Source of the DNA: Staphylothermus hellenicus DSM 12710
GTDB lineage: Archaea > Thermoproteota > Thermoprotei_A > Sulfolobales > Desulfurococcaceae
Length of the DNA stretch: 32,000 nucleotides
Direction: 5' to 3'
Assembly: GCF_000092465.1 (NCBI RefSeq)
Contig: NC_014205.1
Location: 1,260,001 to 1,292,000, forward strand
Position 1 is the stretch's first letter. Every line of letters begins with the position of its first letter. The position numbers were made by a program, and so were the translations under genes. The notes beneath the pieces were generated by a model, which was not told the DNA's origin, ran no database searches, and saw only the letters and a list, made by a program, of their open reading frames with translations. This document shows, piece after piece, positions 20,592 through 30,160 of this stretch.

Positions 20592-21314
20592 GTGGGCTCG
20601 ATGGGTTTCTCAGTTGAAATGATTGTGTTAAATGATAATGTTGGTAGACCCGGCCTTCTCAATGATTGGGGTTGGAGCGTATATGTTGAAGTTATGGGTG
20701 AAAAAATACTTTTCGATGCTGATACTTCTCCAGAAATAATAAGATTTAATACTAAACAATTAGGAGTTGATCTAGAAAAGCTGGATTATTGTTTCTTAAG
20801 CCATCACCACGGCGATCACTACGGCGGGTTCGAGTACTTCGCTGATTTAAAACGTAAACTAAAAATATATGTACCACCCGGCGATGTTGATTATTTGAAA
20901 AACTATAATCTCACACCAATAATTATACGTGAACCGGCAAAATTATCAACAAATACTTGGAGCACTGGCCCCCTTAAATATGGCTATATATATGAGCATG
21001 GATTATTCATTTATAACGAAGAAATAGATCCAATCCTTATCGTTGGATGCAGCCATCCAGGTGTAGATAAACTAGCCGGGGCCGTGAAGAAAATTACTGG
21101 GAAAGACTTGTTCTTAGTGATTGGAGGATTTCATTCTCCACCGAGAAAAGTTATCGATAACTTAGCAAGTATCACGAAATATATATGTCCTACACATTGC
21201 AGCGGTGAAGCAGCCAAGAACTATGTTATGAAAACATATCCGGAAAAATACTGTAAAGCTAGAACAGGCTCTATAATAAAGGTTAAGGATCAAAAAATAG
21301 AAGTCACTTATTAG
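20592..21314 (+). CDS. metallo-beta-lactamase-fold hydrolase (COG1237-like)
   Basis: SHHHGDHYGG (HxHxDH) motif plus downstream His/Cys ligand candidates. 240 aa. The start is GTG 20592 or ATG 20601. Confidence 0.75.
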   Translation: MGSMGFSVEMIVLNDNVGRPGLLNDWGWSVYVEVMGEKILFDADTSPEIIRFNTKQLGVDLEKLDYCFLSHHHGDHYGGFEYFADLKRKLKIYVPPGDVDYLKNYNLTPIIIREPAKLSTNTWSTGPLKYGYIYEHGLFIYNEEIDPILIVGCSHPGVDKLAGAVKKITGKDLFLVIGGFHSPPRKVIDNLASITKYICPTHCSGEAAKNYVMKTYPEKYCKARTGSIIKVKDQKIEVTY

Positions 21315-22114
21315 CCGAGAAATGTATCAAGCAGAAACATTATAATAAAACCTATGAAGAAACCAAGTGTGGATAAATCGTCGTGGCCATGACTATATAT
21401 TTCAGGGACAAGTTCGTGGACAACAACATATATCATTGCTCCAGCTGAAATACTCATTAGAAAAGGCATAAGTGGTTCTAGAAGATTACCGGACAAAATA
21501 ATTATGCCCAGAGGAATATATGCAGCTGCTAATTCGGAAAAACCACTGATTATCCCTAATACTAATGATTTCTTAGAATCATTTGAAATACTATAATAGG
21601 GTAGAGACACAGCTAATCCTTCAGGAATATCCTGTATACCTATAGCTATAGCCACTAATAACCCGGTTTTAAGCTCGTAAATCGTCGATACTCCTACAGC
21701 CATGCCTTCGGGTATATTATGTATAATGATTGCTAAAACAACTAGTGTTATCCGCTTAACTTTTCTTTGAAACGATTTAGGTCCTTCATAGCCTTTAATT
21801 AAGTGTAGATGAGGCAAGGATTTATCTAGTGAATAAATAGTTAGAGCGCCTATCACGAATCCGGAGTATACACATAAATAACAACCTGTCTCTAATGAGG
21901 GAATCAACAGGCTTGTAAACGAAGCTACAAGCATTACACCAGCGGAGAAGCCTAGTCCAGAATAAATATATTTCTCCCCGATCCTCTCACCTAAAACTAC
22001 GGGGATGGAGCCAATAGAGGTTAGTATTGCAGGAATAAAACCAATAAATAATATTTGGAGCGGAAGAGGTAGTTTTACTAATCCCTCTATAATATAATTT
22101 AAATCAATCAACAT
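21311..22114 (-). CDS. ZIP-family divalent metal (zinc) transporter
   Basis: Polytopic membrane protein with the paired signatures HNIPEGMAVG and QDIPEGLAV. The maximal ORF extends to 22177 but would overlap the upstream alaX gene by 53 nt. The ATG at 22114 (MLIDLNYII...) is the more plausible start. Confidence 0.8.
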   Translation of the reverse strand: MLIDLNYIIEGLVKLPLPLQILFIGFIPAILTSIGSIPVVLGERIGEKYIYSGLGFSAGVMLVASFTSLLIPSLETGCYLCVYSGFVIGALTIYSLDKSLPHLHLIKGYEGPKSFQRKVKRITLVVLAIIIHNIPEGMAVGVSTIYELKTGLLVAIAIGIQDIPEGLAVSLPYYSISNDSKKSLVLGIISGFSELAAAYIPLGIIILSGNLLEPLMPFLMSISAGAMIYVVVHELVPEIYSHGHDDLSTLGFFIGFIIMFLLDTFLG

Positions 22115-22124
22115 AAATAAGACC

Positions 22125-22844
22125 TTAAGGCTTAACAGTATAATATAATCTTTTCCTCTTCCTACCCTTATTAACAATCTTCAATGGAACAATCTCGCCG
22201 ATCTCACCCGTATTCTTAACGTGGGGGCCGCCATCTGCTTGTATATCAACACCGGGTATCTCAACTATTCTTAACACATCAATATTTGGGGGCGTACGTT
22301 TAGCTAGTTTTACAATACCAGGTATTTTCAAGGCTTCCTCCCGCGGTAACCAATAAATTTTTACCTCAATATTGCGCTTAATGATCTGATTAGCTTTTTC
22401 AACTATATCTAGGAATAGTTCTTTATTGAATTCCTCGAGGCTGTAATCATCATAAGCGTATTCTTCGGAGATATTACCGCCAGTAATTAATGCTCCATGC
22501 TCGTTATACATTATGGAAGCTAATATATGAGCTGCTGTGTGTAGTCTCATGAGTTTATATCTTCTATTCCAATCAATAACTTGTTTAACAACATCACCCA
22601 CCTTAAGATCATGTTCTCCATCGACAATATGGACCACGTCACCTATATTTTTATCAATCAAAACCTGGACAACTCTATATTCTCCACCATCTTTAACCAG
22701 CTTACCAGTATCGTGGTCAACACCGCCGCTTCTAGGATGAAAAATTGTTGTATTAAAAACTATCTTGTTACCAATAACTTCTCTAACCCTTGCAATGTTC
22801 TCCTTCAAATATGAGTCATATTGATATAAGAGCTTTGTAGTCAT
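22125..22844 (-). CDS. alaX: AlaX-type alanyl-tRNA editing protein (tRNA_SAD domain)
   Basis: 239 aa. The HTAAHIL (HxxxH) zinc motif and overall AlaX-M-like size. The second motif reads DGGPH instead of the usual CxxxH. Confidence 0.75.
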   Translation of the reverse strand: MTTKLLYQYDSYLKENIARVREVIGNKIVFNTTIFHPRSGGVDHDTGKLVKDGGEYRVVQVLIDKNIGDVVHIVDGEHDLKVGDVVKQVIDWNRRYKLMRLHTAAHILASIMYNEHGALITGGNISEEYAYDDYSLEEFNKELFLDIVEKANQIIKRNIEVKIYWLPREEALKIPGIVKLAKRTPPNIDVLRIVEIPGVDIQADGGPHVKNTGEIGEIVPLKIVNKGRKRKRLYYTVKP

Positions 22845-22875
22845 TAATCATCACATCCACATATTATAAATAGAA

Positions 22876-22975
22876 TGGTAGCCGGGCGGGGATTCGAACC
22901 CCGGTCACGGGGGTTCTCCCCAGAATCTATGACTGGGCCAGAGCCCCGCATCCTTGGCCGCTAGACGACCCGGCT
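22876..22975 (-). tRNA. tRNA-Gln (CUG) with 24-nt canonical intron; CCA encoded
   Basis: A1-U72 acceptor (AGCCGGG / CCCGGCU). Anticodon arm CGGGG-CUCUGG[intron 22937-22914, CCCAGUCAUAGAUUCUGGGGAGAA]C-CCCCG. Textbook hBHBh' motif: H = CUCU/GGAG, bulges GGC and AAC, h' = CCAG/CUGG. Confidence 0.85.
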
Positions 22976-23169
22976 ACTTATTCTCATCATATTTGTTTAA
23001 TTAATTATTCTGGGTTTTTATACTTTGGTATCTAATAGGATCCTTTTTGAAGCAAATTTTTTAAAATAAAACACAGTTAAAGTTATAAACCTTGCCATTG
23101 ATGGATTTATATAGTTTATGGAAAAGTTTATAAGGGTTCTAACATACATGTTAATAGCTAAAAATATTT

Positions 23170-24111
23170 ATGGTGAATAATATGTCTGATCCTATAAAAA
23201 CTTCTCAAAAAGATAAACAAAAATGTCCAGAGGATCAAATAATTTATGATCCGGAGATGGGTGAATATATTTGTTTATTAACAGGCGAGGTAATTGAGGA
23301 AAAAGTTATTGATGATAGACCTGAGTGGAGAGCATTCACCCCCGAGGAGAGGGAGAGGAGAAGCAGAATAGGAGGACCATTAACAAGCACTGTTCACGAT
23401 AGAGGATTAGCTACTGCAATAGATTACTCAAACAAAGATGCTACAGGCAAAAGACTAGAGCCACGTAGGAGACTAGAAATACAGAAGCTTCGAAGATGGC
23501 AGGCAAGATCAAGAATACAAAGTAGTATTGAGAGAAACCTTGCCCAAGCAATGAATGAGCTAGACCGATTATCAGACCAGCTCAACCTGCCTAGAAACGT
23601 GAAAGAAGAAGCAGCTAGAATTTATAGGAGAGCTGTTGAAAAAGGTCTTGTACGTGGAAGAAGTATTGAAAGCGTAATAGCTGCTGCAATATATGCGGCT
23701 TGCCGAGAATTAAAGGTTCCAAGAACCCTGGATGAAATATCTAAGCATACTAAGAGTAGTAGAAAAGATATTGCTAGATGCTATAGATTACTCCTCAAAG
23801 AACTCGATATAAAAGTGCAGACAAGCGACCCCATAGATTTCATACCGCGAATAGCGCATGCTTTGAATCTAGGCGGCGGTGTAATGAAGAAAGCAGCCGA
23901 GATACTACATAAAGCTAGATCAATAGGTGTTACAGCAGGAAAGGACCCCGCAGGACTGGCGGCAGCCGCAGTATATATAGCTGCACAATTATCAGGTGAA
24001 CGTAGAACGCAGAAAGAAATTGCACATGTAGCTGGAGTAACTGAGGTAACTGTAAGAAATAGATATAAAGAACTTGCAAAAGAGCTGGGAATAGAACTTC
24101 CAACTACATAA
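23170..24111 (+). CDS. tfb: transcription initiation factor B (TFB/TFIIB homologue)
   Basis: N-terminal ribbon region, DDRPEWRAF linker/B-finger block, and two cyclin-fold repeats ([16 protein letters not shown]..., [16 protein letters not shown]...). TATA-like aagtttataaggg at about 23122-23134. Confidence 0.9.
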   Translation: MVNNMSDPIKTSQKDKQKCPEDQIIYDPEMGEYICLLTGEVIEEKVIDDRPEWRAFTPEERERRSRIGGPLTSTVHDRGLATAIDYSNKDATGKRLEPRRRLEIQKLRRWQARSRIQSSIERNLAQAMNELDRLSDQLNLPRNVKEEAARIYRRAVEKGLVRGRSIESVIAAAIYAACRELKVPRTLDEISKHTKSSRKDIARCYRLLLKELDIKVQTSDPIDFIPRIAHALNLGGGVMKKAAEILHKARSIGVTAGKDPAGLAAAAVYIAAQLSGERRTQKEIAHVAGVTEVTVRNRYKELAKELGIELPTT

Positions 24112-24175
24112 CTTGTATAAAATAAATTAAAATTAACATTTTTATTTAGTCCTTCTATTCCCTCTGCTGTATTGT

Positions 24176-24502
24176 CTAGTCTATTATCATTATGTTTTCT
24201 GGTAGAAAACCAAGCTCATTTATTAATATATCTTTAACTCTATGTCTATGATCTCCTTGTAACTCTATTTTACCGTCCTTAACTGTTCCTCCAGTTGCAA
24301 GTTTTGATTTCAATTTTTTAGCTAATTGTTTTAATTCGCTTTTCGAACCAGTTAATCCCTCAATAACAGTTACTTCCTTACCAAATTTCCGCCTATCTAG
24401 CCTGATTTTGATTATTTGCTGTTCTCTCTCCAACTGCTCAACTAGTTCAGGAGGGAGCCCACCATATATTGATGAAAAGTCCTCCTCCATGCCTTTTTCC
24501 AA
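24176..24502 (-). CDS. translation initiation factor aSUI1 (eIF1 homologue)
   Basis: 108 aa. SUI1 core [19 protein letters not shown]...[26 protein letters not shown]. Confidence 0.85.
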   Translation of the reverse strand: MEKGMEEDFSSIYGGLPPELVEQLEREQQIIKIRLDRRKFGKEVTVIEGLTGSKSELKQLAKKLKSKLATGGTVKDGKIELQGDHRHRVKDILINELGFLPENIMIID

Positions 24503-24614
24503 CCATTTAATCTTATTATTCTTCTATACATTATTGTTTATTGGCAGTTTATAAAATTTATATTCCACTTATACTATTGAATGAACTGTTATATAATGCC
24601 CTTGGTGTGAGAGC

Positions 24615-24767
24615 ATGGTTAAGTATAAATGTGCTAGATGCGGCAGAGAATTTGACCTGGAAGAAATGATTAGTATTTATGGGAGACAGCGTGTTAGATG
24701 CCCATATTGTGGATACGAGATAATATATAAAGTCGCGCGAAGCTATCGATTGGTAAAAGCTATTTAA
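24615..24767 (+). CDS. rpoP: DNA-directed RNA polymerase subunit P (Rpo12/RpoP)
   Basis: A 50-aa ORF below the ORF-track cutoff: MVKYKCARCGREFDLEEMISIYGRQRVRCPYCGYEIIYKVARSYRLVKAI. Four-Cys zinc ribbon (CxxC...CxxC) and typical RpoP length and sequence. TATA-like ttatataat lies about 20 nt upstream. The 3' end overlaps the convergent agmatinase gene by 4 nt. Confidence 0.8.
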   Translation: MVKYKCARCGREFDLEEMISIYGRQRVRCPYCGYEIIYKVARSYRLVKAI

Positions 24768-25645
24768 AGCAAATCCTTCTTCTCAATCATACCTATTATT
24801 TCAAACACTATCTTAGATGCTAATATACTTGTAATATCATTAATGTCGACTAGTGGATTAACTTCTACAATATCGAATCCAATAACTTGTCTTGCATTCC
24901 TAGCTATATTCCTTATTATTCTTAAGAGATCGATGGGGTGCAGACCTAAAGCTTCAGGATTAGATGTTCCAGGAGCATAGGCTGGATCTATTGCATCTAT
25001 GTCTATGCTGATATATATGTTTCCTAGATTATCATCTATTATTTGTTGGTAATCATCGAGGTTCAGTGGAGAAAACAATGTTATATTAGATTGTTTCTGA
25101 ACAAATCCTAGTTCTTCTTCACTAATTGCTCTGGCACCAAAATGAATTATAGGAATATCTGTCTCCTCAAGTATTCTGCGAAGATGAGTTGCATGATTAA
25201 GCTTTGAACCTAAATAGTCATCTCTCAGATCTAGGTGTGCATCAAAAATTATTAATGTATCAATAGTATTGGCTAGCTCATGTATAATCGGGTATGTAAT
25301 TAGGTGTTCTCCCCCTAGGAAAACATATGTTTTACTAGGATATTCTTCTCTAATTCCCCTAACCACATTCTTTATTCGATCAATATTTTCTCGTAAAAAC
25401 CCTGGAGCCATAACAATGTTTCCTAGATCATTAAAGCCTATTCTTTCAAGACTAAGGTTTTCAAGTAGCGAGTAATATTCAATATTGCAAGATACTTCTC
25501 TTATCTTATTAGGAGCCATTCTAGTTCCTGGCTTATAGGTTGTTGTCGAGTCTAGGGGTATTCCTACAACTATATATTTTGAATTCTCATCTCTTACACA
25601 TGCAAATGCGCAGGTTTCCTCTAGTAAATGCTTCCACGTAGTCAA
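24764..25645 (-). CDS. speB: agmatinase (arginase/ureohydrolase family)
   Basis: Mn-binding motifs GGEHLITYP, FDAHLDLRD and SIDIDAIDP. 293 aa. Confidence 0.85.
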   Translation of the reverse strand: MTTWKHLLEETCAFACVRDENSKYIVVGIPLDSTTTYKPGTRMAPNKIREVSCNIEYYSLLENLSLERIGFNDLGNIVMAPGFLRENIDRIKNVVRGIREEYPSKTYVFLGGEHLITYPIIHELANTIDTLIIFDAHLDLRDDYLGSKLNHATHLRRILEETDIPIIHFGARAISEEELGFVQKQSNITLFSPLNLDDYQQIIDDNLGNIYISIDIDAIDPAYAPGTSNPEALGLHPIDLLRIIRNIARNARQVIGFDIVEVNPLVDINDITSILASKIVFEIIGMIEKKDLL

Positions 25646-25730
25646 CTCGTATACAGCTCCATATTATTTTATTGATAAGCATCAACAATATATTTCAGGT
25701 TTAGAAGATAAAAACTATAGTTTAAACAAG

Positions 25731-27518
25731 ATGAAACGAGGTATTAAAATATTGGCGAATAAACAGGTTGATAAGTATCAAATACTTTTAGATCTGGGTA
25801 AGAGACGGGGTTTATTCTGGTTATCCTATGAAATATATGGTGGAGTAGCAGGATTCTATGATTTCGGTCCCAGTGGAGTATTGATTAAGAGAAATATTAT
25901 CAATGAATGGCTTAACCAACTTGTTTACAATACAGGACTTGTTCTAGAAATTGAAACCCCAATAATTACTCCTAGAATAGTGTTGAAAGCCAGCGGCCAC
26001 GAAGATCACTTCACAGATCCCATTACAGAATGCACTAGATGCGGAAGAGTTTTCAGAGCAGATCATCTTATCGAGGAAGCTCTGGGAATTAGAGCAGAAG
26101 GATTATCCATGGATGAATTATGGAAACTCATCAAAGAACACAATATTAGATGCCCGGAATGCGGAGGAGAACTAACCAAGCCTAAACCAGCACTTCTATT
26201 GTTCAAAACCGAGATAGGCCCATATAAGGGGAGCCCCGCATATCTCAGGCCGGAAACCGCGCAAGGAATGTTTGCATCGTTTAAACACGTATTAAATATT
26301 GCACGAAATAAATTACCGCTTGGAATAGCTCAAATAGGTAGAGTCGGTAGAAACGAGATTTCCCCGCGCCAAGGCCTACTACGGCTCAGAGAATTCACAA
26401 TTATGGAGCTAGAATTCTTCTTTGATCCAGAGAAAGCCCTTGAAGAAACAATGACATACATGACGGATGAGATAAGAAATGAAAATATAAACATTATCAC
26501 CGCCGAGGACAAGTTGAAGGGGGAGGAAAAAACCAGAAAATACACTGCTATCGAATTAATTGAAAATAAAATAGTCAAGAATCCATGGATGGCTTATTGG
26601 ATGGCGCTAGGAAACATCTTCTTAAGAAAACTGGGAATCCCGCCTGAAAAAATACGTTTTGACGAGAAATTACCAGAGGAAAAAGCTCATTATTCAGAGC
26701 AAACATTCGACCAAGAAGTATACACTGAAAAATATGGCTGGGTAGAAGTAGCAGGGTATAGTTATAGAACAACATATGATCTAAGCAGGCACATTGAATA
26801 TTCAAAAGCTGACCTCACATATTTCAAGAAATACAGTAAACCAGTAAAGAAAAAAATTATCAAAGTAGTTCCCAACCCTAAGAAAATAAGAGAAATCGTA
26901 GGAGAAGATATTGGGGTAATCATGAAAAAACTCAGTGAAATACCCGCTGAAAAAATACTGGAAAACCTTAATAAGAATAACTATGTAGAAATCAACAATT
27001 ATAAACTGGGCCGCGAATGCTTCATAATAAGTGAGAAAGAAGAAACTATTCATGGAGAAAAAATAATACCCCACGTTGTAGAGCCCTCGTTCGGTTTAGA
27101 GAGAATATTCTATGTTGTCTTAGAAAACTCTATAAATATTGCTAGGGATGGAAGAATAGTTCTCAAACTACCTCCGAGAATAGCTCCATATAAAGTAGCT
27201 GTTTTCCCACTAGTCACAGGTAATAAGCCCAAACATAAAAAGATGGTTTCAATAGCCAGACAAATATATAGGGCCCTATTAGAGAACAACATACTAGCCT
27301 ACTATGATGAAGAAGGAAGTATCGGTAGAAGATATGCGAGAGCCGATGAAATAGGTATACCATACGCTATAACAGTTGATTACCAAACATTAGAGGATAA
27401 AACAGTTACACTGAGAGATAGGGATTCAAGGGAACAGATAAGGCTACATATTCAAGAAATATACGATAAACTATTAAGCCTGCTTGGAGAGAAAAAAGAG
27501 TTTAACATAGAGTTTTAA
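25731..27518 (+). CDS. glyS: glycine--tRNA ligase (archaeal/eukaryotic-type class II GlyRS)
   Basis: 595 aa. YGGVAGFYDFGPSG N-terminal block, class II motif 2 region YLRPETAQGMF, EPSFGLERI, and a C-terminal anticodon-binding domain (VAVFPL...GRRYARADEIGIPYAITVD). Confidence 0.9.
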   Translation: MKRGIKILANKQVDKYQILLDLGKRRGLFWLSYEIYGGVAGFYDFGPSGVLIKRNIINEWLNQLVYNTGLVLEIETPIITPRIVLKASGHEDHFTDPITECTRCGRVFRADHLIEEALGIRAEGLSMDELWKLIKEHNIRCPECGGELTKPKPALLLFKTEIGPYKGSPAYLRPETAQGMFASFKHVLNIARNKLPLGIAQIGRVGRNEISPRQGLLRLREFTIMELEFFFDPEKALEETMTYMTDEIRNENINIITAEDKLKGEEKTRKYTAIELIENKIVKNPWMAYWMALGNIFLRKLGIPPEKIRFDEKLPEEKAHYSEQTFDQEVYTEKYGWVEVAGYSYRTTYDLSRHIEYSKADLTYFKKYSKPVKKKIIKVVPNPKKIREIVGEDIGVIMKKLSEIPAEKILENLNKNNYVEINNYKLGRECFIISEKEETIHGEKIIPHVVEPSFGLERIFYVVLENSINIARDGRIVLKLPPRIAPYKVAVFPLVTGNKPKHKKMVSIARQIYRALLENNILAYYDEEGSIGRRYARADEIGIPYAITVDYQTLEDKTVTLRDRDSREQIRLHIQEIYDKLLSLLGEKKEFNIEF

Positions 27519-27588
27519 ACTATTAATTTATAATCCCTTATCAATACGATATATATGGAGATACTCTACTAGCTATATAAGCTGAAAG

Positions 27589-27996
27589 GTGCATACTATG
27601 TATCCCGAAGAAAAAGAAACTACTACATCAACACAAAGCACAGACAAAGAAAAAAGTGAAACAGGTAAAAAAGTTGATATTAAAAAACTCGTATCAATAA
27701 TTCCGCCAGCATCCGAGCTTAGGAGAAAACAGAAAGTATTACGCGAAAAAAGGATAAGAATAAAATATGATGAATCCCTACCGGAAAACACAGCTAAAGT
27801 ACCCAAAGACCTTGCTGAAGCCCTTGGAATAAAAGAAGATGATACAATAGAAATTGTTATTGCCGGTAAGAAGAAGTTCATGTTTAAAGCAGTAATAATA
27901 GATGAGACCGGGACAAATCTAGTATATTGTTATCCGGAAGAACTACGGGAAAAAGGCGTAGCAGATAATAGTATTGCTACTCTAAGAAAGCATTAA
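27589..27996 (+). CDS. hypothetical protein (basic/low-complexity N-terminus; possible AbrB/SpoVT-like C-terminal fold)
   Basis: 135-aa ORF (GTG 27589 or ATG 27598). The C-terminal VPKDLAEALGIKEDDTIEIVIAGKK resembles swapped-hairpin barrel proteins. Weak inference only. Confidence 0.5.
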   Translation: MHTMYPEEKETTTSTQSTDKEKSETGKKVDIKKLVSIIPPASELRRKQKVLREKRIRIKYDESLPENTAKVPKDLAEALGIKEDDTIEIVIAGKKKFMFKAVIIDETGTNLVYCYPEELREKGVADNSIATLRKH

Positions 27997-28045
27997 CTGG
28001 ACTACCAAGCATTAAACGACGAGTTTCTATATGGATTGATGAGTC

Positions 28046-28432
28046 ATGAATGAATACATATACGATTACTTATCAAGTCTTAGAGACCTAGTAAATGCAT
28101 ATGAGAAACTAATAGATAAGTTGAAATATGTAAAGAATGCTTCAAATAGTGATCCTGAAAAAGTCGATAGAATTATACCTGAAATCAAAGGGATCCTTGA
28201 AAAAACAACGATATTGCTTTCCAAGTATGAAGACGTTATAGCAATAAATAGTGATATAGATGAAAATACCCAACAATATTTAAAAACGTACTATAAATAT
28301 TTGAAACTAGTCAGTATTCCATACACATATGATCTATTAAATGAATTGAAACAAGTCCTTATAAAACATAACTATTTCAAGAAAGCAATAAAACTAGATA
28401 CATTAATTAAAACACTAAGTCAGCTAACCTGA
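28046..28432 (+). CDS. hypothetical all-helical protein
   Basis: 128-aa ORF with Lys/Glu/Leu-rich heptad-like sequence. No family recognised. Confidence 0.5.
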   Translation: MNEYIYDYLSSLRDLVNAYEKLIDKLKYVKNASNSDPEKVDRIIPEIKGILEKTTILLSKYEDVIAINSDIDENTQQYLKTYYKYLKLVSIPYTYDLLNELKQVLIKHNYFKKAIKLDTLIKTLSQLT

Positions 28433-28450
28433 AAAACAATTAGAGAACAC

Positions 28451-30058
28451 TTAACAAGCAAGTATTCTAATAAATTTCCCCCATACAAATCTAGGGGCTA
28501 CATCGTATATTTCAACTAATGCTTCGCACCCAGAAAATCTAGGACTCGTCAACCCTTTTACAAAAACTGTGGGACCATGATTAATTGGGTAACCATAATA
28601 TTTGCCATTATTGTAGAGCAGTAGTACATGTATTTTTCTCCCAATCAAGCTCTTCTTCGACATTAAATTATGTTTTTCAACTTTCTTCTTGATCAAATTG
28701 ATTATTCTACTATGTCGTTTAATATCTGGTTTTAGATCCTGGAATGCAGTTCCAGGCAATGGGACAAACTTGTAGAGAGTAATTTTCTCCACGCCTAAGC
28801 TAGATAACTTATTTATTGTTTTGAGAGTTTTTCTATAAACTTTCTCATTAGCTAATGGTAATCCATACATTAGATACACATAAGGTCTTAAACCATAGGC
28901 TTTCAACAACTTTACCGCTTTATAGACATGTTCAACACTTATAGGTTTTCCGAGAACTAGGGAATTATATTTTGTATCACCTGTTTCTAAACCTATATGT
29001 ATAGTTGTACCAGACAAGTATTTTCCAAGAATTCTAGCTACATCTTCATTGACTAGACACGCTTTTATGTTTTCAATAAATATTCTTGTATTTCTATTTC
29101 TCACCTCTTCTATTTCGAAAATACTAGATAGAAGTGCTTCGATCATTTCTATATTTGGTTCCGGATAACAGGGATCAGTTAATGGTTTAGGTTTAACTAG
29201 TAAGTCTCTACCATAATCTAAGAAGTCAGGAGCGCTTAGAACAATTCTCTTAGCACCATGTATTATTAGTTCTCTGATCTCCTCAACTATACTATCAATG
29301 CTTCTACTACGAGCTGGTCCGAACATGTAGGGTACACTGCAGAATCCGCATCCGGGAGGAATATTTGCTGGGCAATACATTCTTTTTTCAAGATCCCCTT
29401 TTCTACATATAAAGCATTTTATACAGTTTAATCCGTTGACCCCGCTAATAACTGGTCTAAAGTAATTGCTGCATCCACGCACTACTTCGACGTAATACCT
29501 ATATATTTTATGATCAGGATAGGACTTTTCTATTTCTATCCATGGCTTATTTCTGGATATTATTTCTGCAGGTGTATATAGGTGTGGTGAGGTGGCTTTA
29601 ATTTCTCCACTTTCATCTCTAAATGCTATTGCAGGTACACCGCCGACGTTTTTTCCGGTAAGGATTTTGTCGAGGAGCTTAGGCAAAGGTATCTCGGCTT
29701 CACCTATTAATACATAGTTTATTCTCGGATTGTTCCTTAATAATTCCTTGTATTCAAAACTTATTGGGCCACCCACTATTATATAGCCTTTATAATTAAT
29801 TTTCTCCACTAAACTAAGCAGCCTAGATAACGCTCCCTTATCGCTCGACATCGCCGAGATCATTATTGCCTTATATTTTCTTAGTATCTCAGGCTTGTTA
29901 ATAACTAGTTCATAAGCTTTTAGATCAGTTTTAAACCCAGCATTCTTTATAATACCAGCTACTACTCTGGGACCAGCACCGACTACGTCGAATGTACTAT
30001 ACCTGCTACCACTAGCCCTAGCTAGTGCATCGATTACTAGAATACTCATTTTTAGCAT
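28451..30058 (-). CDS. radical-SAM-like enzyme with N-terminal Rossmann/B12-binding-like domain and C-terminal TRAM-like domain
   Basis: 535 aa. TIM-barrel-type blocks (RIVLSAPDFLDYG, IHIGLETGD, YLMYGLPLANE). The Cys-rich core reads RGCSNY...CIKCFIC...YCPANIPPGCGFCSVP rather than a plain CxxxCxxC. Function unknown. Confidence 0.6.
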   Translation of the reverse strand: MLKMSILVIDALARASGSRYSTFDVVGAGPRVVAGIIKNAGFKTDLKAYELVINKPEILRKYKAIMISAMSSDKGALSRLLSLVEKINYKGYIIVGGPISFEYKELLRNNPRINYVLIGEAEIPLPKLLDKILTGKNVGGVPAIAFRDESGEIKATSPHLYTPAEIISRNKPWIEIEKSYPDHKIYRYYVEVVRGCSNYFRPVISGVNGLNCIKCFICRKGDLEKRMYCPANIPPGCGFCSVPYMFGPARSRSIDSIVEEIRELIIHGAKRIVLSAPDFLDYGRDLLVKPKPLTDPCYPEPNIEMIEALLSSIFEIEEVRNRNTRIFIENIKACLVNEDVARILGKYLSGTTIHIGLETGDTKYNSLVLGKPISVEHVYKAVKLLKAYGLRPYVYLMYGLPLANEKVYRKTLKTINKLSSLGVEKITLYKFVPLPGTAFQDLKPDIKRHSRIINLIKKKVEKHNLMSKKSLIGRKIHVLLLYNNGKYYGYPINHGPTVFVKGLTSPRFSGCEALVEIYDVAPRFVWGKFIRILAC

Positions 30059-30160
30059 CCGAAACCATTTCCTAATCGTATCTTATATTTTTAAAACCTA
30101 TGATAACTAGTATCCCTTAAATACCTCTACCCGATTATAGATATTCAAAGGGAGACTGAA

